From assembly GCA_977017575.1 (NCBI GenBank), contig CDRNVI010000097.1, forward strand, positions 1-29,831: a DNA stretch of 29,831 nt, written 5' to 3'. Shown one piece after another: positions 20,214 through 29,831 of this stretch. The notes beneath the pieces were generated by a model. It saw only the letters and a list, made by a program, of their open reading frames with translations. It ran no database searches and was not told where the DNA came from. The stretch is from Paramoeba atlantica. Taxonomy: Eukaryota; Protista; Discosea. A program made the position numbers and the translations under genes. Each line of letters opens with the position of its first letter. Positions within the stretch are counted from its first letter, which is position 1.

Positions 20214-20796
20214 GCACCGGGAAGAGTCTTACTGTTACATGCCCGTTGCCGGCCGGCAGTAAGGGCGAAACTGCCCCTCTTTCTTCGGTGAAGCAGGGGA
20301 CGCGCTTCCCATTACCCCTCCCCGGCTCACTCTTTGAGTGAGCTTTTTTCCCTTGAGACTTCCCCTTGAGTACCGCTGTGCGTGACTCTGCCTCGTGTTA
20401 TCGTTCCAAATGCCCCTTGGTGCGACATCCGTTGTGGGCGGATCATGTGCCGATGATATCGACCGTCGCATTAAGGGGAATATCTCTGCGCCAATGAGCG
20501 TATGATAAACAAGGTCCACCCGTGAGGGTGTTCATGCATATATTGGATTTGCACAAATTTTCCACGATTGCTGGCCTGATTATAGGTGTCGTTGAGATCT
20601 TTGTAGGAGGCATTGACCGGGATTGCGGATGACCGAGAAGATTGGTTGATATATTGTGTGATGTGTTAGGATGGGTGCAGATTTAAATTGCGGTGCCGCA
20701 GATTTTCAGACGTTAATGAACATGCCATCCTGCCTATTTATCGGTGGAGTCCGATTTTGCGAGTCAGACTGCCTGGTGACAGAGTTATTGTAACGC

Positions 20797-20904
20797 AAAT
20801 AAGCCCCAGTTCCCTTCTCGGGAACCGGGGCCTTCAAGCGAACTTAGAGTTCGAAGCTTCTCATACCAACAAGGTACAGAAACTGTATCTTTATCGTTAA
20901 AGTT
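20797..20904 (-). ncRNA. SL RNA: SL RNA gene, unit 9
   Basis: Same sequence as unit 1. Confidence 0.93.
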
Positions 20905-20996
20905 AACAAGGGCTTTACCAACCACCAGAGCTCATTGTTCGCTTTTGTCAAACTGATGAACTTGTTGTTCCACGAGTCTTAGCCCAAAATGCAACC

Positions 20997-21201
20997 TGGA
21001 AACTTGTCTAGTGGCAGGGCGTGCTTTTCTGAGACTGACGAACCAAACTCCTGGTTCGATTCCCGCCCCGTCAATTTTCGCAACACGTGGCAAACTGTAG
21101 CCATGTGCCGAATGTCAAAACACTTGCACGGAGGTTCGATCCTCAGCCCGTGTGACCTTTTCGAATGATAAAAACCCCGGAAGCCACTGCGCTAGCGTAA
21201 A
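20997..21201. promoter_or_regulatory. Box A/B cassette, unit 9
   Basis: Same as unit 2 except T>C at 21109. Confidence 0.6.
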
Positions 21202-21293
21202 CATGGTGAGTAGCGCCTCTGTGGGACACTCAGGATGAGGCAGATTGTCGTGGAAAATATTTCTTTCATAGTGGGGATTTCACAAGTTACGCC

Positions 21294-21412
21294 GGGTACG
21301 ACCATACTACGGTGAAAACACCACATCCCGTTCGCTTTGTGAAGTTAAGCACCGTCAGGCTCAGTTAGTACTGAGGTGAGCGATCGCTCGGGAACCCTGA
21401 GTGTTGTACTCT
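21294..21412 (+). rRNA. 5S rRNA: 5S rRNA gene, unit 9
   Basis: Same sequence as unit 1. Confidence 0.98.
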
Positions 21413-22020
21413 TTTTAAATGCAAGAGGAATCAGGTGGTGAGGTTTCGACGACCTTTCACGACGTTTCACGAGATTTTCTTCAATGTCGTCTTTGCCTCT
21501 CTCACCTCAAGGGCCTAGTTGCGTTTCGAATCGGCATTGAGTCCTCGGGACGCTGTGATTTTTACGTACGGCTTTATAATACAGGGCGCATAGATGCCTT
21601 TGTATGTATGAATGTATGTAAAACAGGCGGTTACCCTTGTTCAATGATGTCGCCTCCCCTGAGAAAGCAGGGAAACTTGGAGGAAAGTGCCTGGTCGCTG
21701 AACGGTCGATACTCTGTGGAGTATCGATATGGCATAGGTGCCTTTACATCCCCATACTCCCCGTCAGGAAGTGCGGTGCCACGCTACTGGAGCAGGTGGT
21801 GGGATGGATGTAACGTCTGCAAACCAAGGAAGCGGAATCCTCTGGCATCGAGAGGTGTCACCTTGCTGCTGCGGTGTATCGAACAGATAGCCTAACACAC
21901 GTAAGCTCCCATCTAAGGAAGATTTCCGTTTACTGATCGACCCACAACGCATTCGGAGGTTTTCCCCCGCAGACAAAGGTGTGGTCAGAAGCGTTCCGCG
22001 TATTCGAAGCCGGGGCACCC

Positions 22021-22229
22021 GCACCCTTATCTGTCATAGAAACTCGCACCCTTATCTGTCATAATGCACCCTTATCTGTCATACTGCACCCTTATCTGTC
22101 ATACTGCACCCTTATCTGTCATACTGCACCCTTATCTGTCATAATGCACCCTTATCTGTCATACTGCACCCTTATCTGTCATATAAGCCGCACCCTTATC
22201 TGTCATACTGCACCCTTATCTGTCATAAT
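22021..22229. repeat. 20-bp minisatellite x10, unit 9
   Basis: Direct inspection. Confidence 0.97.
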
Positions 22230-22547
22230 ACATTTTTTGTTAATTTTCTGTGAATGACGGTGGAAGGTAGAGTCAGCACACGCATCGACTCAACTCATCG
22301 GTCGCATATCGCATTGTTATATCTCTGTCATTCTTTTTCGCGTCTACAGCTCCGGTTTTTTCTCTCTTTATGATATCTAGACCTTGTCGTATCTGGGATT
22401 TCCGTGGTTTGTCTCGGTGTCGCCCAATACAACTGAGCATCACCTAGGGCTTCGCAAATTGCTTCCCACGAACTCAGCGTCACACTTTGACGTGACTCAA
22501 TGGCCCGGCCGGCCCCTCCGTGCGTTCGGCCTCTCATTTCCCCCAAA

Positions 22548-22625
22548 ACAACTACCACCTTCCCCCCATTTATCAGGGGTCGCTTGCGCGACCCCCGCTA
22601 AATAGGGGGGGAAGGTGGTAGTTGT
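22548..22625. repeat. Inverted repeat, unit 9
   Basis: Perfect 20-bp outer arms. Confidence 0.92.
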
Positions 22626-22706
22626 GGGGTATGGAGGCTTCTCGCAACTCCGGGGCCTCACCGGGACCACAATTGAGGCTACCTATTTTTTACGTTCCGT
22701 ATCTCC

Positions 22707-22712
22707 CTCTCT

Positions 22713-22756
<44 letters not shown>
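22707..22756. repeat. Interrupted (CT)n, 50 bp, unit 9
   Basis: CCC and TTT interruptions. Confidence 0.97.
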
Positions 22757-22759
<3 letters not shown>

Positions 22760-23342
22760 GCACCGGGAAGAGTCTTACTGTTACATGCCCGTTGCCGGCC
22801 GGCAGTAAGGGCGAAACTGCCCCTCTTTCTTCGGTGAAGCAGGGGACGCGCTTCCCATTACCCCTCCCCGGCTCACTCTTTGAGTGAGCTTTTTTCCCTT
22901 GAGACTTCCCCTTGAGTACCGCTGTGCGTGACTCTGCCTCGTGTTATCGTTCCAAATGCCCCTTGGTGCGACATCCGTTGTGGGCGGATCATGTGCCGAT
23001 GATATCGACCGTCGCATTAAGGGGAATATCTCTGCGCCAATGAGCGTATGATAAACAAGGTCCACCCGTGAGGGTGTTCATGCATATATTGGATTTGCAC
23101 AAATTTTCCACGATTGCTGGCCTGATTATAGGTGTCGTTGAGATCTTTGTAGGAGGCATTGACCGGGATTGCGGATGACCGAGAAGATTGGTTGATATAT
23201 TGTGTGATGTGTTAGGATGGGTGCAGATTTAAATTGCGGTGCCGCAGATTTTCAGACGTTAATGAACATGCCATCCTGCCTATTTATCGGTGGAGTCCGA
23301 TTTTGCGAGTCAGACTGCCTGGTGACAGAGTTATTGTAACGC

Positions 23343-23450
23343 AAATAAGCCCCAGTTCCCTTCTCGGGAACCGGGGCCTTCAAGCGAACTTAGAGTTCGA
23401 AGCTTCTCATACCAACAAGGTACAGAAACTGTACCTTTATCGTTAAAGTT
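23343..23450 (-). ncRNA. SL RNA: SL RNA gene, unit 10 (exon variant A17G)
   Basis: As unit 1 except plus-strand T>C at 23434 (exon ...AAAGGTACAG...). Confidence 0.93.
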
Positions 23451-23542
23451 AACAAGGGCTTTACCAACCACCAGAGCTCATTGTTCGCTTTTGTCAAACT
23501 GATGAACTTGTTGTTCCACGAGTCTTAGCCCAAAATGCAACC

Positions 23543-23747
23543 TGGAAACTTGTCTAGTGGCAGGGCGTGCTTTTCTGAGACTGACGAACCAAACTCCTGG
23601 TTCGATTCCCGCCCCGTCAATTTTCGCAACACGTGGCAAACTGTAGCCATGTGCCGAATGTCAAAACACTTGCACGGAGGTTCGATCCTCAGCCCGTGTG
23701 ACCTTTTCGAATGATAAAAACCCCGGAAGCCACTGCGATAGCGTAAA
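23543..23747. promoter_or_regulatory. Box A/B cassette, unit 10 (5S-side box A mutated)
   Basis: C>A at 23738 changes minus-strand TAGCG to TATCG. Confidence 0.55.
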
Positions 23748-23839
23748 CATGGTGAGTAGCGTCTCTGTGGGACACTCAGGATGAGGCAGATTGTCGTGGA
23801 AAATATTTCTTTCATAGTGGGGATTTCACAAGTTACGCC

Positions 23840-23958
23840 GGGTACGACCATACTACGGTGAAAACACCACATCCCGTTCGCTTTGTGAAGTTAAGCACCG
23901 TCAGGCTCAGTTAGTACTGAGGTGAGCGATCGCTCGGGAACCCTGAGTGTTGTACTCT
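23840..23958 (+). rRNA. 5S rRNA: 5S rRNA gene, unit 10
   Basis: Same sequence as unit 1. Confidence 0.98.
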
Positions 23959-24566
23959 TTTTAAATGCAAGAGGAATCAGGTGGTGAGGTTTCGACGACC
24001 TTTCACGACGTTTCACGAGATTTTCTTCAATGTCGTCTTTGCCTCTCTCACCTCAAGGGCCTAGTTGCGTTTCGAATCGGCATTGAGTCCTCGGGACGCT
24101 GTGATTTTTACGTACGGCTTTATAATACAGGGCGCATAGATGCCTTTGTATGTATGAATGTATGTAAAACAGGCGGTTACCCTTGTTCAATGATGTCGCC
24201 TCCCCTGAGAAAGCAGGGAAACTTGGAGGAAAGTGCCTGGTCGCTGAACGGTCGATACTCTGTGGAGTATCGATATGGCATAGGTGCCTTTACATCCCCA
24301 TACTCCCCGTCAGGAAGTGCGGTGCCACGCTACTGGAGCAGGTGGTGGGATGGATGTAACGTCTGCAAACCAAGGAAGCGGAATCCTCTGGCATCGAGAG
24401 GTGTCACCTTGCTGCTGCGGTGTATCGAACAGATAGCCTAACACACGTAAGCTCCCATCTAAGGAAGATTTCCGTTTACTGATCGACCCACAACGCATTC
24501 GGAGGTTTTCCCCCGCAGACAAAGGTGTGGTCAGAAGCGTTCCGCGTATTCGAAGCCGGGGCACCC

Positions 24567-24775
24567 GCACCCTTATCTGTCATAGAAACTCGCACCCTTA
24601 TCTGTCATAATGCACCCTTATCTGTCATACTGCACCCTTATCTGTCATACTGCACCCTTATCTGTCATACTGCACCCTTATCTGTCATAATGCACCCTTA
24701 TCTGTCATACTGCACCCTTATCTGTCATATAAGCCGCACCCTTATCTGTCATACTGCACCCTTATCTGTCATAAT
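24567..24775. repeat. 20-bp minisatellite x10, unit 10
   Basis: Direct inspection. Confidence 0.97.
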
Positions 24776-25093
24776 ACATTTTTTGTTAATTTTCTGTGAA
24801 TGACGGTGGAAGGTAGAGTCAGCACACGCATCGACTCAACTCATCGGTCGCATATCGCATTGTTATATCTCTGTCATTCTTTTTCGCGTCTACAGCTCCG
24901 GTTTTTTCTCTCTTTATGATATCTAGACCTTGTCGTATCTGGGATTTCCGTGGTTTGTCTCGGTGTCGCCCAATACAACTGAGCATCACCTAGGGCTTCG
25001 CAAATTGCTTCCCACGAACTCAGCGTCACACTTTGACGTGACTCAATGGCCCGGCCGGCCCCTCCGTGCGTTCGGCCTCTCATTTCCCCCAAA

Positions 25094-25171
25094 ACAACTA
25101 CCACCTTCCCCCCATTTATCAGGGGTCGCTTGCGCGACCCCCGCTAAATAGGGGGGGAAGGTGGTAGTTGT
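25094..25171. repeat. Inverted repeat, unit 10
   Basis: Perfect 20-bp outer arms. Confidence 0.92.
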
Positions 25172-25252
25172 GGGGTATGGAGGCTTCTCGCAACTCCGGG
25201 GCCTCACCGGGACCACAATTGAGGCTACCTATTTTTTACGTTCCGTATCTCC

Positions 25253-25258
25253 CTCTCT

Positions 25259-25300
<42 letters not shown>
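25253..25300. repeat. Interrupted (CT)n, 48 bp, unit 10
   Basis: Same CCC and TTT interruptions as unit 9. Confidence 0.97.
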
Positions 25301-25301
<1 letters not shown>

Positions 25302-25886
25302 CGGCACCGGGAAGAGTCTTACTGTTACATGCCCGTTGCCGGCCGGCAGTAAGGGCGAAACTGCCCCTCTTTCTTCGGTGAAGCAGGGGACGCGCTTCCC
25401 ATTACCCCTCCCCGGCTCACTCTTTGAGTGAGCTTTTTTCCCTTGAGACTTCCCCTTGAGTACCGCTGTGCGTGACTCTGCCTCGTGTTATCGTTCCAAA
25501 TGCCCCTTGGTGCGACATCCGTTGTGGGCGGATCATGTGCCGATGATATCGACCGTCGCATTAAGGGGAATATCTCTGCGCCAATGAGCGTATGATAAAC
25601 AAGGTCCACCCGTGAGGGTGTTCATGCATATATTGGATTTGCACAAATTTTCCACGATTGCTGGCCTGATTATAGGTGTCGTTGAGATCTTTGTAGGAGG
25701 CATTGACCGGGATTGCGGATGACCGAGAAGATTGGTTGATATATTGTGTGATGTGTTAGGATGGGTGCAGATTTAAATTGCGGTGCCGCAGATTTTCAGA
25801 CGTTAATGAACATGCCATCCTGCCTATTTATCGGTGGAGTCCGATTTTGCGAGTCAGACTGCCTGGTGACAGAGTTATTGTAACGC

Positions 25887-25994
25887 AAATAAGCCCCAGT
25901 TCCCTTCTCGGGAACCGGGGCCTTCAAGCGAACTTAGAGTTCGAAGCTTCTCATACCAACAAGGTACAGAAACTGTACCTTTATCGTTAAAGTT
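25887..25994 (-). ncRNA. SL RNA: SL RNA gene, unit 11 (exon variant A17G)
   Basis: As unit 1 except plus-strand T>C at 25978. Confidence 0.93.
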
Positions 25995-26086
25995 AACAAG
26001 GGCTTTACCAACCACCAGAGCTCATTGTTCGCTTTTGTCAAACTGATGAACTTGTTGTTCCACGAGTCTTAGCCCAAAATGCAACC

Positions 26087-26291
26087 TGGAAACTTGTCTA
26101 GTGGCAGGGCGTGCTTTTCTGAGACTGACGAACCAAACTCCTGGTTCGATTCCCGCCCCGTCAATTTTCGCAACACGTGGCAAACTGTAGCCATGTGCCG
26201 AATGTCAAAACACTTGCACGGAGGTTCGATCCTCAGCCCGTGTGACCTTTTCGAATGATAAAAACCCCGGAAGCCACTGCGATAGCGTAAA
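26087..26291. promoter_or_regulatory. Box A/B cassette, unit 11 (5S-side box A mutated)
   Basis: C>A at 26282. Confidence 0.55.
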
Positions 26292-26383
26292 CATGGTGAG
26301 TAGCGTCTCTGTGGGACACTCAGGATGAGGCAGATTGTCGTGGAAAATATTTCTTTCATAGTGGGGATTTCACAAGTTACGCC

Positions 26384-26502
26384 GGGTACGACCATACTAC
26401 GGTGAAAACACCACATCCCGTTCGCTTTGTGAAGTTAAGCACCGTCAGGCTCAGTTAGTACTGAGGTGAGCGATCGCTCGGGAACCCTGAGTGTTGTACT
26501 CT
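26384..26502 (+). rRNA. 5S rRNA: 5S rRNA gene, unit 11
   Basis: Same sequence as unit 1. Confidence 0.98.
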
Positions 26503-27110
26503 TTTTAAATGCAAGAGGAATCAGGTGGTGAGGTTTCGACGACCTTTCACGACGTTTCACGAGATTTTCTTCAGTGTCGTCTTTGCCTCTCTCACCTCAA
26601 GGGCCTAGTTGCGTTTCGAATCGGCATTGAGTCCTCGGGACGCTGTGATTTTTACGTACGGCTTTATAATACAGGGCGCATAGATGCCTTTGTATGTATG
26701 AATGTATGTAAAACAGGCGGTTACCCTTGTTCAATGATGTCGCCTCCCCTGAGAAAGCAGGGAAACTTGGAGGAAAGTGCCTGGTCGCTGAACGGTCGAT
26801 ACTCTGTGGAGTATCGATATGGCATAGGTGCCTTTACATCCCCATACTCCCCGTCAGGAAGTGCGGTGCCACGCTACTGGAGCAGGTGGTGGGATGGATG
26901 TAACGTCTGCATACCAAGGAAGCGGAATCCTCTGGCATCGAGAGGTGTCACCTTGCTGCTGCGGTGTATCGAACAGATAGCCTAACACACGTAAGCTCCC
27001 ATCTAAGGAAGATTTCCGTTTACTGATCGACCCACAACGCATTCGGAGGTTTTCCCCCGCAGACAAAGGTGTGGTCAGAAGCGTTCCGCGTATTCGAAGC
27101 CGGGGCACCC

Positions 27111-27319
27111 GCACCCTTATCTGTCATAGAAACTCGCACCCTTATCTGTCATAATGCACCCTTATCTGTCATACTGCACCCTTATCTGTCATACTGCACC
27201 CTTATCTGTCATAATGCACCCTTATCTGTCATAATGCACCCTTATCTGTCATACTGCACCCTTATCTGTCATATAAGCCGCACCCTTATCTGTCATACTG
27301 CACCCTTATCTGTCATAAT
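27111..27319. repeat. 20-bp minisatellite x10, unit 11
   Basis: Direct inspection; copy 5 ends AAT rather than ACT. Confidence 0.97.
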
Positions 27320-27637
27320 ACATTTTTTGTTAATTTTCTGTGAATGACGGTGGAAGGTAGAGTCAGCACACGCATCGACTCAACTCATCGGTCGCATATC
27401 GCATTGTTATATCTCTGTCATTCTTTTTCGCGTCTACAGCTCCGGTTTTTTCTCTCTTTATGATATCTAGACCTTGTCGTATCTGGGATTTCCGTGGTTT
27501 GTCTCGGTGTCGCCCAATACAACTGAGCATCACCTAGGGCTTCGCAAATTGCTTCCCACGAACTCAGCGTCACACTTTGACGTGACTCAATGGCCCGGCC
27601 GGCCCCTCCGTGCGTTCGGCCTCTCATTTCCCCCAAA

Positions 27638-27715
27638 ACAACTACCACCTTCCCCCCATTTATCAGAGGTCGCTTGCGCGACCCCCGCTAAATAGGGGGG
27701 GAAGGTGGTAGTTGT
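27638..27715. repeat. Inverted repeat, unit 11
   Basis: Inner arm carries G>A (TATCAGAGGT). Confidence 0.92.
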
Positions 27716-27796
27716 GGGGTATGGAGGCTTCTCGCAACTCCGGGGCCTCACCGGGACCACAATTGAGGCTACCTATTTTTTACGTTCCGTATCTCC

Positions 27797-27950
<154 letters not shown>

Positions 27951-28532
27951 GCACCGGGAAGAGTCTTACTGTTACATGCCCGTTGCCGGCCGGCAGTAAG
28001 GGCGAAACTGCCCCTCTTTCTTCGGTGAAGCAGGGGACGCGCTTCCCATTACCCCTCCCCGGCTCACTCTTTGAGTGAGCTTTTTTCCCTTGAGACTTCC
28101 CCTTGAGTACCGCTGTGCGTGACTCTGCCTCGTGTTATCGTTCCAAATGCCCCTTGGTGCGACATCCGTTGTGGGCGGATCATGTGCCGATGATATCGAC
28201 CGTCGCATTAAGGGGAATATCTCTGCGCCAATGAGCGTATGATAAACAAGGTCCACCCCGTGAGGGTGTTCATGCATATATTGGATTTGCACAAATTTTC
28301 ACGATTGCTGGCCTGATTATAGGTGTCGTTGAGATCTTTGTAGGAGGCATTGACCGGGATTGCGGATGACCGAGAAGATTGGTTGATATATTGTGTGATG
28401 TGTTAGGATGGGTGCAGATTTAAATTGCGGTGCCGCAGATTTTCAGACGTTAATGAACATGCCATCCTGCCTATTTATCGGTGGAGTCGATTTTGCGAGT
28501 CAGACTGCCTGGTGACAGAGTTATTGTAACGC

Positions 28533-28640
28533 AAATAAGCCCCAGTTCCCTTCTCGGGAACCGGGGCCTTCAAGCGAACTTAGAGTTCGAAGCTTCTCAT
28601 ACCAACAAGGTACAGAAACTGTATCTTTATCGTTAAAGTT
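28533..28640 (-). ncRNA. SL RNA: SL RNA gene, unit 12
   Basis: Same sequence as unit 1. Confidence 0.93.
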
Positions 28641-28731
28641 AACAAGGGCTTTACCAACCACCAGAGCTCATTGTTCGCTTTTGTCAAACTGATGAACTTG
28701 TTGTTCCACGAGTCTTAGCCCAAAATGCAAC

Positions 28732-28936
28732 TGGAAACTTGTCTAGTGCAGGGCGTGCTTTTCTGAGACTGACGAACCAAACTCCTGGTTCGATTCCCGC
28801 CCCGTCAATTTTCGCAAACACGTGGCAAACTGTAGCCATGTGCCGAATGTCAAAACACTTGCACGGAGGTTCGATCCTCAGCCCGTGTGACCTTTTCGAA
28901 TGATAAAAACCCCGGAAGCCACTGCGATAGCGTAAA
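28732..28936. promoter_or_regulatory. Box A/B cassette, unit 12 (5S-side box A mutated; several single-base indels)
   Basis: C>A at 28927; SL-side box A reads TTGTCTAGTGC (a G is missing, probably read error). Confidence 0.5.
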
Positions 28937-29028
28937 CATGGTGAGTAGCGTCTCTGTGGGACACTCAGGATGAGGCAGATTGTCGTGGAAAATATTTCTT
29001 TCATAGTGGGGATTTCACAAGTTACGCC

Positions 29029-29147
29029 GGGTACGACCATACTACGGTGAAAACACCACATCCCGTTCGCTTTGTGAAGTTAAGCACCGTCAGGCTCAGT
29101 TAGTACTGAGGTGAGCGATCGCTCGGGAACCCTGAGTGTTGTACTCT
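29029..29147 (+). rRNA. 5S rRNA: 5S rRNA gene, unit 12
   Basis: Same sequence as unit 1. Confidence 0.98.
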
Positions 29148-29756
29148 TTTTAAATGCAAGAGGAATCAGGTGGTGAGGTTTCGACGACCTTTCACGACGT
29201 TTCACGAGATTTTCTTCAGTGTCGTCTTTGCCTCTCTCACCTCAAGGGCCTAGTTGCGTTTCGAATCGGCATTGAGTCCTCGGGACGCTGTGATTTTTAC
29301 GTACGGCTTTATAATACAGGGCGCATAGATGCCTTTGTATGTATGAATGTATGTAAAACAGGCGGTTACCCTTGTTCAATGATGTCGCCTCCCCTGAGAA
29401 AGCAGGGAAACTTGGAGGAAAGTGCCTGGTCGCTGAACGGTCCGATACTCTGTGGAGTATCGATATGGCATAGGTGCCTTTACATCCCCATACTCCCCGT
29501 CAGGAAGTGCGGTGCCACGCTACTGGAGCAGGTGGTGGGATGGATGTAACGTCTGCAAACCAAGGAAGCGGAATCCTCTGGCATCGAGAGGTGTCACCTT
29601 GCTGCTGCGGTGTATCGAACAGATAGCCTAACACACGTAAGCTCCCATCTAAGGAAGATTTCCGTTTACTGATCGACCCACAACGCATTCGGAGGTTTTC
29701 CCCCGCAGACAAAGGTGTGGTCAGAAGCGTTCCGCGTATTCGAAGCCGGGGCACCC

Positions 29757-29831
29757 GCACCCTTATCTGTCATAGAAACTCGCACCCTTATCTGTCATAA
29801 TGCACCCTTATCTGTCATACTGCACCCTTAT
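29757..29831. repeat. 20-bp minisatellite, unit 12 (truncated by window end)
   Basis: Direct inspection. Confidence 0.95.

Overview
The whole window is one head-to-tail tandem array of a ~2.55-2.65 kb unit: 11 complete copies plus a partial 12th, starting at 1, 2581, 5139, 7701, 10255, 12817, 15407, 17957, 20517, 23063, 25607 and 28254. There is no credible protein-coding gene. Each unit carries a kinetoplastid/diplonemid-type spliced-leader (SL, mini-exon) RNA gene on the minus strand and a 5S rRNA gene on the plus strand, head-to-head about 390 bp apart. This marks it as a linked SL RNA/5S rDNA array of a euglenozoan, probably not a trypanosomatid (inferred from remembered reference sequences, no search run). 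The spacer between the two genes holds degenerate tRNA-like sequences whose A and B boxes are mirror-symmetric: a divergently oriented box A lies at -100..-110 from BOTH the SL and the 5S start, each followed ~50 bp further by a box B. This is the geometry of trypanosomatid U2/U6/7SL extragenic Pol III promoters, and it suggests a bidirectional Pol III cassette serving SL and 5S. The rest of the unit contains a fixed 10-copy 20-bp minisatellite, a 78-bp inverted repeat, a hypervariable (CT)n tract and a hairpin+T6 element. Unit-specific variants form a nested gradient towards the right end, including an SL exon allele (units 10-11) and a box A mutation (units 10-12). Units 1, 3 and 12 show homopolymer indels that are probably sequencing noise.
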